DNA of 64,000 nucleotides, from the NCBI GenBank assembly GCA_030586555.1, contig JAURAC010000015.1, positions 9,820 to 73,819 on the forward strand, written 5' to 3'. The position numbers and the translations under genes were made by a program. The stretch is from Candidatus Subterrananammoxibius californiae (lineage in GTDB: Bacteria; Planctomycetota; Brocadiia; Brocadiales; Subterrananammoxibiaceae). Below, piece by piece: positions 40,640 through 49,276 of this stretch (positions are counted from its first letter, which is position 1; each line of letters begins with the position of its first letter). The notes under the pieces are model-generated. The model made no database searches, had not been told where the DNA came from, and worked only from the letters and a program-made list of their open reading frames with translations.

Positions 40640-42011
40640 GGAGTATTTGACAATAAAAAATATTTCGGGTCCTCTTCTACTCGTCGAAGACGTTGAGGGG
40701 GTCACTTATGGTGAGTTGACGGAAATAAAGCTTGATAATGGCAAACTGAGGCGAGGAAGGGTCCTTGAGATAGCCGATTCAAGGGCGCTTGTGCAGGTCT
40801 TTGAAGGCACACGTGGAATATCTCCAGAAAATGCAAAGGTAAAGTTTCTCGGAAAGGGTCAGGAGATTGGGGTTTCTCCCGATATTATAGGAAGAATCTT
40901 TGATGGTGCAGGGCTTCCTATTGACGGTGGGCCTGAAATAATCCCTACAAAGAGAGTGAACATAAATGGTAGTCCGATGAACCCGTATGCCAGAGACTAC
41001 CCAAACGAATTTATCCAGACTGGCATTGCCGCTATTGATGGTATGAACACCCTTGTGAGGGGTCAGAAATTGCCAATTTTTTCTGGTTCAGGGCTTCCTC
41101 ACGCACAACTCGCTGCGCAAATAGCCCGACAGGCTAAGGTGCTTAAGACAGGGGAAAAGTTTGCAGTCGTTTTTGCAGCCATGGGAATAACCTTTGAGGA
41201 GGCGAATTTTTTTATCTCTGATTTTGGAAGAACAGGGGCACTTGAAAGGTCAGTGCTCTTTATAAACCTGGCTGATAACCCGACAATCGAAAGGATTGCA
41301 ATCCCGAGGATAGCGCTTACGGTAGCAGAATACCTTGCTTATGAGCAAGATATGCACGTACTTGTAATCTTAATTGATATGACAAACTATTGTGAGGCGC
41401 TAAAAGAAATATCAGCCGCAAGAAAGGAAGTTCCTGGAAGACGCGGGTATCCTGGCTATCTTTATACGGACCTTGCAACGCTCTATGAAAGGACTGGACG
41501 CATCAAAGGCAAGCAGGGCTCCATTACACAGATACCAATACTCTCTATGCCAGAGGATGACAAGACACACCCTATTCCTGATTTAACGGGCTATATTACT
41601 GAGGGTCAAATAATCCTCAGCAGGGCGCTCCACAGTCAGGGTATTTACCCACCAATAGACGTCCTTCCAAGCCTTTCTCGATTAAAGGATAAGGGGATAG
41701 GGGAGGGGAAGACACGCATTGACCATGCAGATGTAATGAATCAACTTTATGCCGCATATGCTCGTGGGGAAGAAGCGAAGGAGATTGCAGTTGTGCTTGG
41801 AGAATCGGCGTTAAGCCCCACCGACTTGTTGTTTATGAGCTTTGCAGACCTTTTTGAAAGAAAATTCGTCCAGCAGGGCGAAAATGAGAATAGAACCATT
41901 GAGCAAACACTTGATATAGGCTGGAAGCTCTTAAAGATGCTTCCAAAAACAGAGTTGAAAAGGATTAGACCAGAGTTGTTAGACGTATATTATAAGGGGA
42001 AAATGACGTGA
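40632..42011 (+). CDS. ntpB: V/A-type ATPase subunit B
   Basis: [39 protein letters not shown]. Confidence 0.97.
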   Translation: MLKEYLTIKNISGPLLLVEDVEGVTYGELTEIKLDNGKLRRGRVLEIADSRALVQVFEGTRGISPENAKVKFLGKGQEIGVSPDIIGRIFDGAGLPIDGGPEIIPTKRVNINGSPMNPYARDYPNEFIQTGIAAIDGMNTLVRGQKLPIFSGSGLPHAQLAAQIARQAKVLKTGEKFAVVFAAMGITFEEANFFISDFGRTGALERSVLFINLADNPTIERIAIPRIALTVAEYLAYEQDMHVLVILIDMTNYCEALKEISAARKEVPGRRGYPGYLYTDLATLYERTGRIKGKQGSITQIPILSMPEDDKTHPIPDLTGYITEGQIILSRALHSQGIYPPIDVLPSLSRLKDKGIGEGKTRIDHADVMNQLYAAYARGEEAKEIAVVLGESALSPTDLLFMSFADLFERKFVQQGENENRTIEQTLDIGWKLLKMLPKTELKRIRPELLDVYYKGKMT

Positions 42012-42625
42012 AACTAAGGGTCAATCCAACAAGGATGGAACTCTTAAAACTCCGCAAGAGGCTTGTTGTTGCAATAAGAGGGCATAGACTTCTTAAAGAC
42101 AAGCTCGAAGGATTAATGACGGAATTCCTTATATTAGTTAAAGAATATAAGAAAGCCCGTCTGCGGCTTGATGAGGAGTTGTCTGCTGTAATGAGGCTTT
42201 TTGTCCTTGCAAGTATAACGTCTTCCAGGCAAGCGATATTAACAGCGCTTGAGCAATCAAAAGGACGACAGGAAATTAACATTAAGCAAAAATGGCTGGT
42301 TACCGTTCTTGTCCCCCAGTTCGAGGTCGCTATTATCCAGGGCGGGACTTCATACAGCTATCTTGACACGCCATGTGAGTTAGATACCGCAGTAAATGAA
42401 TTGAAAGAATATTTTCCTAAGATACTAAAACTTGCCGAGCTCGAACAGTCGCTAAGACTCGTGGCTAAAGAAATAGAAAAGACTCGCAGAAGGGTAAATG
42501 CCCTTGAGTATATTCTTATTCCCCAGATTAAAGAGACTATTAAATTTATCAAAAGTAAGTTAGATGAGATGGAACGGTCGAACATTAACCGCCTTATGAA
42601 GATAAAAGAGATGTTTAGGCAATAG
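42008..42625 (+). CDS. ntpD: V/A-type ATPase subunit D
   Basis: [26 protein letters not shown]. Confidence 0.95.
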   Translation: MKLRVNPTRMELLKLRKRLVVAIRGHRLLKDKLEGLMTEFLILVKEYKKARLRLDEELSAVMRLFVLASITSSRQAILTALEQSKGRQEINIKQKWLVTVLVPQFEVAIIQGGTSYSYLDTPCELDTAVNELKEYFPKILKLAELEQSLRLVAKEIEKTRRRVNALEYILIPQIKETIKFIKSKLDEMERSNINRLMKIKEMFRQ

Positions 42626-42633
42626 TCAACAAT

Positions 42634-42690
42634 GGAGACAACGAGGTTTAGTCTTGTTGAAATCAACGAACATAAAGTTCATTATCTACC
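42634..42690. repeat. Degenerate family A doublet
   Basis: GGAGACAACGAGG...TCAACGAACATAAAGTTCATTATCTACC. Confidence 0.75.
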
Positions 42691-42718
42691 AATTACTAAA
42701 GTATGAGGAGACAAAATC

Positions 42719-43213
42719 ATGCACCAATTATTTATTGTTATTCCTGTAGCTGTTTTTGTTATTGCCTTAGTTGTTTTTGTTCTTTATAGAAGGCGGACGC
42801 GTGCTGGCAAGTCAGAGGGCGTTACTCAAAAACGTGAATATTTCAGGGCGGACGTGCTTGAACCGGAGGCATTTATCGTCATAATTGAACTTGATGCTGG
42901 CAGCCTTACCGGATGCAGGCTAATGAATATTAGTATAGGTGGCGCTGGTATATTGGCTGTTCGGCATCCGATTGTTCTTGAAATAGGTTCGAGGATAAAA
43001 GAGATTAAGGTTGTGTTTCCGAGTGGCGAAGAAATAAGGTCTTCGGCAATTGTAAAGCATGCTTTAAGAGAATCCGATTCTGACTGGAATAGGTATGGGA
43101 TACAATTTACAGACCTATCAGATGCTCAAAGCAGTATTGTGGCAAAATACGTAGTTCAGCTTGAAGCTAAAAAGATTAAAGAGCAGCGAACCGTGCCAAC
43201 TAAGGAAGGGTAG
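42719..43213 (+). CDS. Membrane-anchored PilZ-domain protein
   Basis: N-terminal TM; QKREYFR and NISIGG c-di-GMP motifs; YGIQF. Confidence 0.88.
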   Translation: MHQLFIVIPVAVFVIALVVFVLYRRRTRAGKSEGVTQKREYFRADVLEPEAFIVIIELDAGSLTGCRLMNISIGGAGILAVRHPIVLEIGSRIKEIKVVFPSGEEIRSSAIVKHALRESDSDWNRYGIQFTDLSDAQSSIVAKYVVQLEAKKIKEQRTVPTKEG

Positions 43214-43262
43214 ACAACGAGGTTTTACCTCGTTGAATCAACGAACATAAAGTTCGTTGTCC
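43209..43262. repeat. Family A doublet supplying PilZ stop codon
   Basis: GG-TAG-ACAACGAGGTTTTACCTCGTTGAATCAACGAACATAAAGTTCGTTGTC. Confidence 0.88.
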
Positions 43263-43273
43263 ACGGAATAGAA

Positions 43274-45703
43274 CTATAGTTTTAGCGATACAAGCCCTGC
43301 CGTAACGTATAACCCTGCCCCAATAATTAAAACGGCATCAAACCCAAGATGTATCGCAAGAATCAGACCGATAATGGGGCTAAGCACCGAGGCACAGCCG
43401 TTAATGCCCCATGCCCATGGGATAAAATTTGGTCCGCTTGAGGCGGATTGGGAGACTTTTGTAAGGCCTATAGGAAATGGCATGCCCATAAAGAATGATA
43501 CTGGCGCTAACATAACAATAGTAATTATAATCTTGACCCATGGGCTAATAAACCCAATACCCTTAAAAACTGTATCGAGAGAGATTATGTAGAAAAGAAG
43601 TAACACGATAATGGCTGTAATTACAAATTTAAAGCGTCCTTGCCCTGCAAATATTTCTAATTTTGAGGCGTAAGCCCCAAGTCCTGCAAATAATAAAAAA
43701 GTGGATATGACCACGGATGTCGCATAGATAGGATGGGCAAGGAAGAACACAAATTTCTGCATAAGCGCAATCTCAATAAACATGAAGGCGAGTCCAAGAC
43801 ATGTGAAATAAGTAAATATTGAGAACCTCTCCGCCTGAGGCGGATTACCCTTTTCAAGACGTGGCAAAAACATCAGAGGCAAAAGTATTAAAGCGGTGCT
43901 TATGATAATCGCCTGAATCAGAGTTGCTATCAGGATAATATATCCCCATTCTACAAATGGAATCCATTCCCGTCCCATCGTCCTTAATAACAGGGGAAGC
44001 GATTTCCACTTGAAAAAGTGAAAGAAGTACGGTCTGTCATCCGTGGCTGGCATTATATTGAAGATATAACTCCTGTAAAAATCCTTCCTTTTACTTGATA
44101 AAATTTCCTTTGCATAGTCATAATAGCTCGGCTTATCCAGTATGTTATAGAGATTAACCTCCTGTTCTGTAACGCCCGGATAATATATAACGTCGAAAAG
44201 TCTGGATGAGCAAAACGATTTCATCTTAAGTATATCACCGGTATCAAATGGCGTTGACTTTATTACGAGTGTCGCCGTTGCCCAGCTTCTTATAAAGATT
44301 AGATGCTTGAACGGTTGGTCAAACCCGATGCGTTCAAGAGCCTCTACAGCCGTTGCAAACATTTTAACATTGTCCCTCGGCGGCAGTTTAATCCATCTGG
44401 TTATGGCAAGAACACCTCCTTTATTAAGATGTTTCATAAAGGTCTCTAATGCCTCCACTGTGTAGAGGTAGCTTTCAGACAGGGCATAAACACCTGCACT
44501 GGATGTGCTGAGGGAATCTAATAACGAGAGTTGAATGAGGTCATAATTCTTTCTTGTTGATTCAATATAGCCTCTTGCCTCCATTATATGGATATTTATA
44601 TTTGGCATAGAATAAATGCCATTTGAAAACTCCCCGTAAACGTCCTTAACAAGTTTTATTACATCGGGGTTTAACTCAACGCCGTCAATTTGTCGGGCAT
44701 CGTGGTAATACGCAAGCAGGACATCGCCACCCCCGCCGGTTCCCATAACAAGTACACTTGGCTTTTCTACAAAGCAATACGGAAGGGCAGAGGTTGTCCA
44801 GTCAAGATAATCTAATCTTTTCTTATCATGCGTGAAATTAGTAATAGCACTTGCCGAATCACCGTCAACGAAGATGCCGAGCTGTTCAGGAATTGTTCCT
44901 GTGTAGTTCAAACTGAGTCCTGGCGCAAACCTTATGGCAGGGCTTGACACAACGTGGATTACCCCAAGGGGACTTGACTCTTTTGCCTGTATCTTTGCAT
45001 CTGGGAAATTCAGGGTTGAACAGAGCGATTTGTATTGCGAAATGTTTAGCACGGTGTCTCGAGAGAAAAGGAAAAAGTAACCCCCAGAAAAGATGATAAA
45101 TAGCACCGAAAGGGTGGCATGGACAAACTTGTTTGTCCGTGTTGCCCAAAGGCTCGTTAACCAGGGTATAGCCATCCCTATAAGTGCACAAATAGAAACG
45201 AAGAAAAATATTTGCTGCAATTCTATGCAGTACATGAGGAATACAACGCCCATAGCCCCAACCCCAGAACCAACCATATTATAAAAGTATACCTTGTTTA
45301 TATGTTCTTTAAAGCGTAGGAATGTCAGACCTATGCAGATAGAGGCAAAGAAGAAGGGGATAGAGAGGTTCAAATAAAATTCAAATAGATAAAGGAGTTG
45401 ACGCCTTTCCCAGACAATGAAAAAGGGGTCAAATTTTATCTTCTGGCATACCCGGAAAGATATAATAATTGAAAGGGCAAATAAAAAGGCGCAAATCAGG
45501 AAAACGGCGTTAAAATGCTTTAAAAGCCTTCTTTGCAGGATGGCTATAAACGTTCCACTTGCCCCGAACCCAAGCAGCGCAATGCTTATAACCATATAGG
45601 CGAAATGATACCATTGCGTTATTGAGAACATCCTCATAAGCGCAATCTCAAAGGCAAGAATTGAGACGGAGATTAATAGGATGGAAATGTAGATGGAAAG
45701 CAT
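43274..45703 (-). CDS. Membrane-fused spermidine synthase-like / SAM-dependent protein
   Basis: N- and C-terminal TM bundles, VLVMGTGGGGDV, VELNP, EARGY, PATDDRPYFF, WAWGING. Confidence 0.85.
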   Translation of the reverse strand: MLSIYISILLISVSILAFEIALMRMFSITQWYHFAYMVISIALLGFGASGTFIAILQRRLLKHFNAVFLICAFLFALSIIISFRVCQKIKFDPFFIVWERRQLLYLFEFYLNLSIPFFFASICIGLTFLRFKEHINKVYFYNMVGSGVGAMGVVFLMYCIELQQIFFFVSICALIGMAIPWLTSLWATRTNKFVHATLSVLFIIFSGGYFFLFSRDTVLNISQYKSLCSTLNFPDAKIQAKESSPLGVIHVVSSPAIRFAPGLSLNYTGTIPEQLGIFVDGDSASAITNFTHDKKRLDYLDWTTSALPYCFVEKPSVLVMGTGGGGDVLLAYYHDARQIDGVELNPDVIKLVKDVYGEFSNGIYSMPNINIHIMEARGYIESTRKNYDLIQLSLLDSLSTSSAGVYALSESYLYTVEALETFMKHLNKGGVLAITRWIKLPPRDNVKMFATAVEALERIGFDQPFKHLIFIRSWATATLVIKSTPFDTGDILKMKSFCSSRLFDVIYYPGVTEQEVNLYNILDKPSYYDYAKEILSSKRKDFYRSYIFNIMPATDDRPYFFHFFKWKSLPLLLRTMGREWIPFVEWGYIILIATLIQAIIISTALILLPLMFLPRLEKGNPPQAERFSIFTYFTCLGLAFMFIEIALMQKFVFFLAHPIYATSVVISTFLLFAGLGAYASKLEIFAGQGRFKFVITAIIVLLLFYIISLDTVFKGIGFISPWVKIIITIVMLAPVSFFMGMPFPIGLTKVSQSASSGPNFIPWAWGINGCASVLSPIIGLILAIHLGFDAVLIIGAGLYVTAGLVSLKL
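45112..45141. repeat. Family C 30-bp element inside coding sequence
   Basis: GGGTGGCATGGACAAACTTGTTTGTCCGTG encodes TRTNKFVHAT. Confidence 0.9.
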
Positions 45704-45734
45704 AGGTTATGGGTTATAGGCATAGGTTATAGAT

Positions 45735-45766
45735 GGGTGGCATGGACAAACTTGTTTGTCCGTGCC
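45735..45766. repeat. Family C element, intergenic
   Basis: Identical core to 45112 copy. Confidence 0.9.
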
Positions 45767-45774
45767 GTTAGTAT

Positions 45775-46500
45775 TTAATGTTTTCCAAGCAGTGGTACAA
45801 AGCGCACCGGAAGCACGTTTTTGACGATTATCTTTTCATCCTTGTCCTTCATTACAAGCATGAGATTTTGAACTTGATATACAGTACCTATTGGAATAGC
45901 CATCCTTCCACCTGGTTTAAGCTGCTGTATAAGTGGCGGAGGGATATGATTTGCCGCCGCAGTAACGATAATGGCGTCAAAAGGTGCGTGTTCAGGCAAG
46001 CCGAAATATCCATCTCCAACCTTCACCGCAACGTTGGAATATTTCATCTCCTCAAGCCTTTTTTTTGCCTTTATGCCCAGTTCCTCGATGATTTCAATGG
46101 TATAAACCTGTTTAACAATCTTTGAGAGCACGGCTGCCTGATACCCTGAGCCCGTTCCAATCTCAAGCGCCACAGAATTACCATCAACCTCCAATAACTC
46201 CGTCATTAATGCAACGATATAAGGTTGCGATATTGTCTGGCCGCATCCAATTGGCACTGGCTGGTCCTCGTAACCGTAATTTTTGTATTCCTCTGGTACG
46301 AACAAATGACGCGGAATGTTTCTCATGGCGTCGAGCACCTTTGGGTCCTTAACACCCCGCGCTGCAATCTGCCCCTCAACCATCTCTAACCTTTGCCGTG
46401 TGTATTTATCCTCAGACGTGGTGGCATGGACAAACTTGTTTGTCCGTGCAGCTAAAAGGATGGTTAATATTATTAAAGCATAACAAGCAATAATTTTCAT
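45775..46500 (-). CDS. pcm: Protein-L-isoaspartate O-methyltransferase with N-terminal signal/anchor
   Basis: PRHLFVP, GQTISQPYIVA, LEIGTGSGYQAA, PFDAIIVTAA, FVPL. Confidence 0.95.
   Translation of the reverse strand: MKIIACYALIILTILLAARTNKFVHATTSEDKYTRQRLEMVEGQIAARGVKDPKVLDAMRNIPRHLFVPEEYKNYGYEDQPVPIGCGQTISQPYIVALMTELLEVDGNSVALEIGTGSGYQAAVLSKIVKQVYTIEIIEELGIKAKKRLEEMKYSNVAVKVGDGYFGLPEHAPFDAIIVTAAANHIPPPLIQQLKPGGRMAIPIGTVYQVQNLMLVMKDKDEKIIVKNVLPVRFVPLLGKH
46420..46449. repeat. Family C element inside pcm
   Basis: GGTGGCATGGACAAACTTGTTTGTCCGTGC encodes ARTNKFVHAT. Confidence 0.9.
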
Positions 46501-46564
46501 AACTTATTACCTATCTTTTACTATAAATAAATTGAAGCAGTCTTTCAAGCCATTTTAATTTTTT

Positions 46565-46645
46565 GGTGGCACGGACAAATTTATTTGTCCGTGTATTTGG
46601 TAAAAAGGGAGGGACACAGACAAGCAAGGCTTGTCCATGCCACCC
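46565..46645. repeat. Family C inverted doublet
   Basis: GGTGGCACGGACAAATTTATTTGTCCGTG ... CACAGACAAGCAAGGCTTGTCCATGCCACCC. Confidence 0.8.
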
Positions 46646-46670
46646 TGCTGTATTTTCGCAGTATTATCTT

Positions 46671-47273
46671 TCAATCCCACATCCAGTGCATCTTTTCCCA
46701 CAACCACTCAAAAAAGTGTAACTCTCTCAGTATCAATATTGTCAACGCAATCCCTGTCGCAACCAATTTCCAAACCTTTTTGAATGTTGATGCAATCTTC
46801 CCACCTTTCCCAGCCTGTGCAGGGAATAAGGTCTTCCGATATTTGACTAATTGTTTTGTTGCTTCACTTTCCGCCTCAGTAGGGGTTTTGAATCCAGCCA
46901 AAGAGTAAGCTTCCCTGCAAGAATAGCCGTTGGTAATTTCTACAGCATAAGGCTTATTTTTTCGCCCTAAAGGTACATCATCACGCCAGCTATTCACCCA
47001 GCTTGGCTGTTCTGTATATTCTTCCCTGTAACCAGAAAATTTTAACCTGAAAGGTTCGCAATTTACTTTGAGGGACAAGCGATTGATTTCTTGTAGGACT
47101 GTTACAAACTCCTTATCGCACTCCTTGTCTCTATTCAAGAGACCTTGTTTATCCTCTTGAAACCCAAAATGATCTTTGATTACACTGACAAACAAGTTTA
47201 CGTATTGTTCACATTTAGAGTTTAATACTTTGACAGGTTTTTCTTGATTTGACACGCGTTGTTCTCCTAACAA
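46671..47273 (-). CDS. Hypothetical protein with C-terminal TM
   Basis: 200-codon ORF with TTG start, no recognisable motif. Confidence 0.45.
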   Translation of the reverse strand: MLGEQRVSNQEKPVKVLNSKCEQYVNLFVSVIKDHFGFQEDKQGLLNRDKECDKEFVTVLQEINRLSLKVNCEPFRLKFSGYREEYTEQPSWVNSWRDDVPLGRKNKPYAVEITNGYSCREAYSLAGFKTPTEAESEATKQLVKYRKTLFPAQAGKGGKIASTFKKVWKLVATGIALTILILRELHFFEWLWEKMHWMWD

Positions 47274-47418
47274 CTCTCCAAGGTGAATAGTGAGGCAGGT
47301 GGTAGAGATTGCTACTTTTTAGTATTACACTATCTCACTTACCTTTTAAACTATATAGATTGAAACAGGGTTTCAAAATATTTTAACCTTTATGGTGGGC
47401 TTTATCAATAGCTGAACA

Positions 47419-47449
47419 GCACGGACAAATGAATTTGTCCATGCCACCC
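47419..47449. repeat. Family C element
   Basis: GCACGGACAAATGAATTTGTCCATGCCACCC. Confidence 0.85.
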
Positions 47450-47470
47450 TGCCTACTCAAGACTCATGAC

Positions 47471-48190
47471 TCACAACTCATACGACTCTTTTGCAATCTC
47501 TAATATTTTATCAATGTTTACTGTGGAGGCGAGGAGGTCGCCTATTTTGTGGTATGATTCAATTTGAGGGCAGGGAAACCCTGCCCCTACTTCATGACTG
47601 GTAACAAGGCCAAGATGTCTTTCTGGGATGGTAATTTTTGTGTCTTTAGGCAGGTAACCAAGTAGGGGCACGTTGCAACGTGCCCCTACATAACTCCTAA
47701 TCGCCTCAAAATGTTCTTTACTCCCAATATTATTTAAGATAACCCCTGCTATTTTTACCTCCGGGTCAAAATTTATATACCCAAGCACTACAGCCCCGGC
47801 GCTCCTCGCCATGCCTTTTGCATCCACGATCAGTATTACAGGTGTTCTTAGTATCTTTGCCAGATGTGCACTGCTTCCAGCTTCTCCATCAATTAAATGA
47901 CCATCGTAAAGCCCCATCACACCTTCAATGATAGATATATCTGCCTTCGCTGCGGCACGCTTAAAGAGTTTGATACATACATCACCCCCCATTATCCATG
48001 TATCAAGATTGCGTGACGGAATGCCTGTAACGGCAGTGTGATGTCCAGGGTCAATGTAATCGGGACCCACCTTGAAGCCTTGAACTTTATAGCCTCTTTG
48101 TGTAAGGGCAGACATTAGCCCGAGGGTAACTGTGGTCTTACCCACACCGCTGTGTGTGCCTGCAATCATTAATCGGAGAAGTTTATTCAT
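47471..48190 (-). CDS. cbiA: Cobyrinate a,c-diamide synthase, synthetase domain only (no glutaminase domain)
   Basis: SGVGKTT, FKVGPDYID, EGVMGLYDG, PERHLGL; about 240 aa versus about 450 for the family. Confidence 0.85.
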   Translation of the reverse strand: MNKLLRLMIAGTHSGVGKTTVTLGLMSALTQRGYKVQGFKVGPDYIDPGHHTAVTGIPSRNLDTWIMGGDVCIKLFKRAAAKADISIIEGVMGLYDGHLIDGEAGSSAHLAKILRTPVILIVDAKGMARSAGAVVLGYINFDPEVKIAGVILNNIGSKEHFEAIRSYVGARCNVPLLGYLPKDTKITIPERHLGLVTSHEVGAGFPCPQIESYHKIGDLLASTVNIDKILEIAKESYEL

Positions 48191-48207
48191 TTTTAGAATA
48201 CTTGTAC

Positions 48208-48237
48208 CACGGACAAACAAGTTTGTCCATGCCACCC
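48208..48237. repeat. Family C element between cbiB and cbiA
   Basis: CACGGACAAACAAGTTTGTCCATGCCACCC. Confidence 0.9.
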
Positions 48238-48242
48238 AGTTT

Positions 48243-49229
48243 TTAATGTTTTACAAGCCTTGCAATAGTTAGTACGGTACATGCCAGAGTAACTGCTATT
48301 ATAGAGGCTGCGTAAAGAATTTTAATGGCAACTCTGAGCTTTTCGGTGGTTAATGGCTCCAGGTCATCCCCAATGAAGGGCTTATCGCACAATTCGCCAT
48401 TATACGTGCTGGGCCCGCCCAGTTGAACGCCGAGCGCTCCGGCATAAGCAGCCTCAGGGATACCGCTATTAGGACTTGGATGTTTGCGACCGTTTCTAAT
48501 GATTATGTAAAAAGATTTCTGGAAATTTGTCCCGCAAAAATATGCTGCAAAGGGTAAGAACCTCGCTGCTATTCTGGCAGGGATATAGTTTGCAAGGTCA
48601 TCAAGCCTCGCTGATGCCCAGCCAAATTTCAAATACTTTTCGTTCTTATATCCCACCATAGAATCAAGTGTGTTTACCGCTTTGTAAGCCATAGCGAGTG
48701 GGGGACCACCAATGGCTGCATAAAACAGCGGCGAAAAGAATCCATCCACGGTGTTTTCAGCTACGCTCTCTATGCAAGCCCTGATTATCTGCTCCTCATT
48801 AAGACGTTTGGTATCCCTCCCAACAATCCTTGATAGGTTAGAGCGAGCCTTATCAATGTCGCCAGCTTCTAATGCCCTGAGTACGCTTTGCGCCTCTACC
48901 GCAAGACCACGAACGGAGAAGGTATAGTAAAGTATAATAGTGCCAACGATAACATCAACCGTATCGTGCAATCCACCAAGTACGGATGTAATCAAATATG
49001 TTGTTAGATATGTTCCTGTTACTATGATAAAAGTTAAGATTAGTCCTGAAATCCTTTCGGGAATCCACAACTGTCTTAGTTTTTGTTCAAGGAACATAAT
49101 TGCCTTTCCGATAATTCTTACGGGGTGAGGCGATGTTTCGCTTCGCTCAATCTTCGACTCTACAGTATCACCACCTAAAAGTTCGACCATGTAAGCAATC
49201 ATTATTTCAATTGGCAGAAATTGGGACAT
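48243..49229 (-). CDS. cbiB: Adenosylcobinamide-phosphate synthase
   Basis: HPVRIIG, IVGRDT, ESVAEN, NTLDSMVGY, SPNSG. Confidence 0.95.
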   Translation of the reverse strand: MSQFLPIEIMIAYMVELLGGDTVESKIERSETSPHPVRIIGKAIMFLEQKLRQLWIPERISGLILTFIIVTGTYLTTYLITSVLGGLHDTVDVIVGTIILYYTFSVRGLAVEAQSVLRALEAGDIDKARSNLSRIVGRDTKRLNEEQIIRACIESVAENTVDGFFSPLFYAAIGGPPLAMAYKAVNTLDSMVGYKNEKYLKFGWASARLDDLANYIPARIAARFLPFAAYFCGTNFQKSFYIIIRNGRKHPSPNSGIPEAAYAGALGVQLGGPSTYNGELCDKPFIGDDLEPLTTEKLRVAIKILYAASIIAVTLACTVLTIARLVKH

Positions 49230-49276
49230 TAGTCCTCCTGTCATTGCGAGCGACTAAAAGGAGCGAAGCAATCTCC

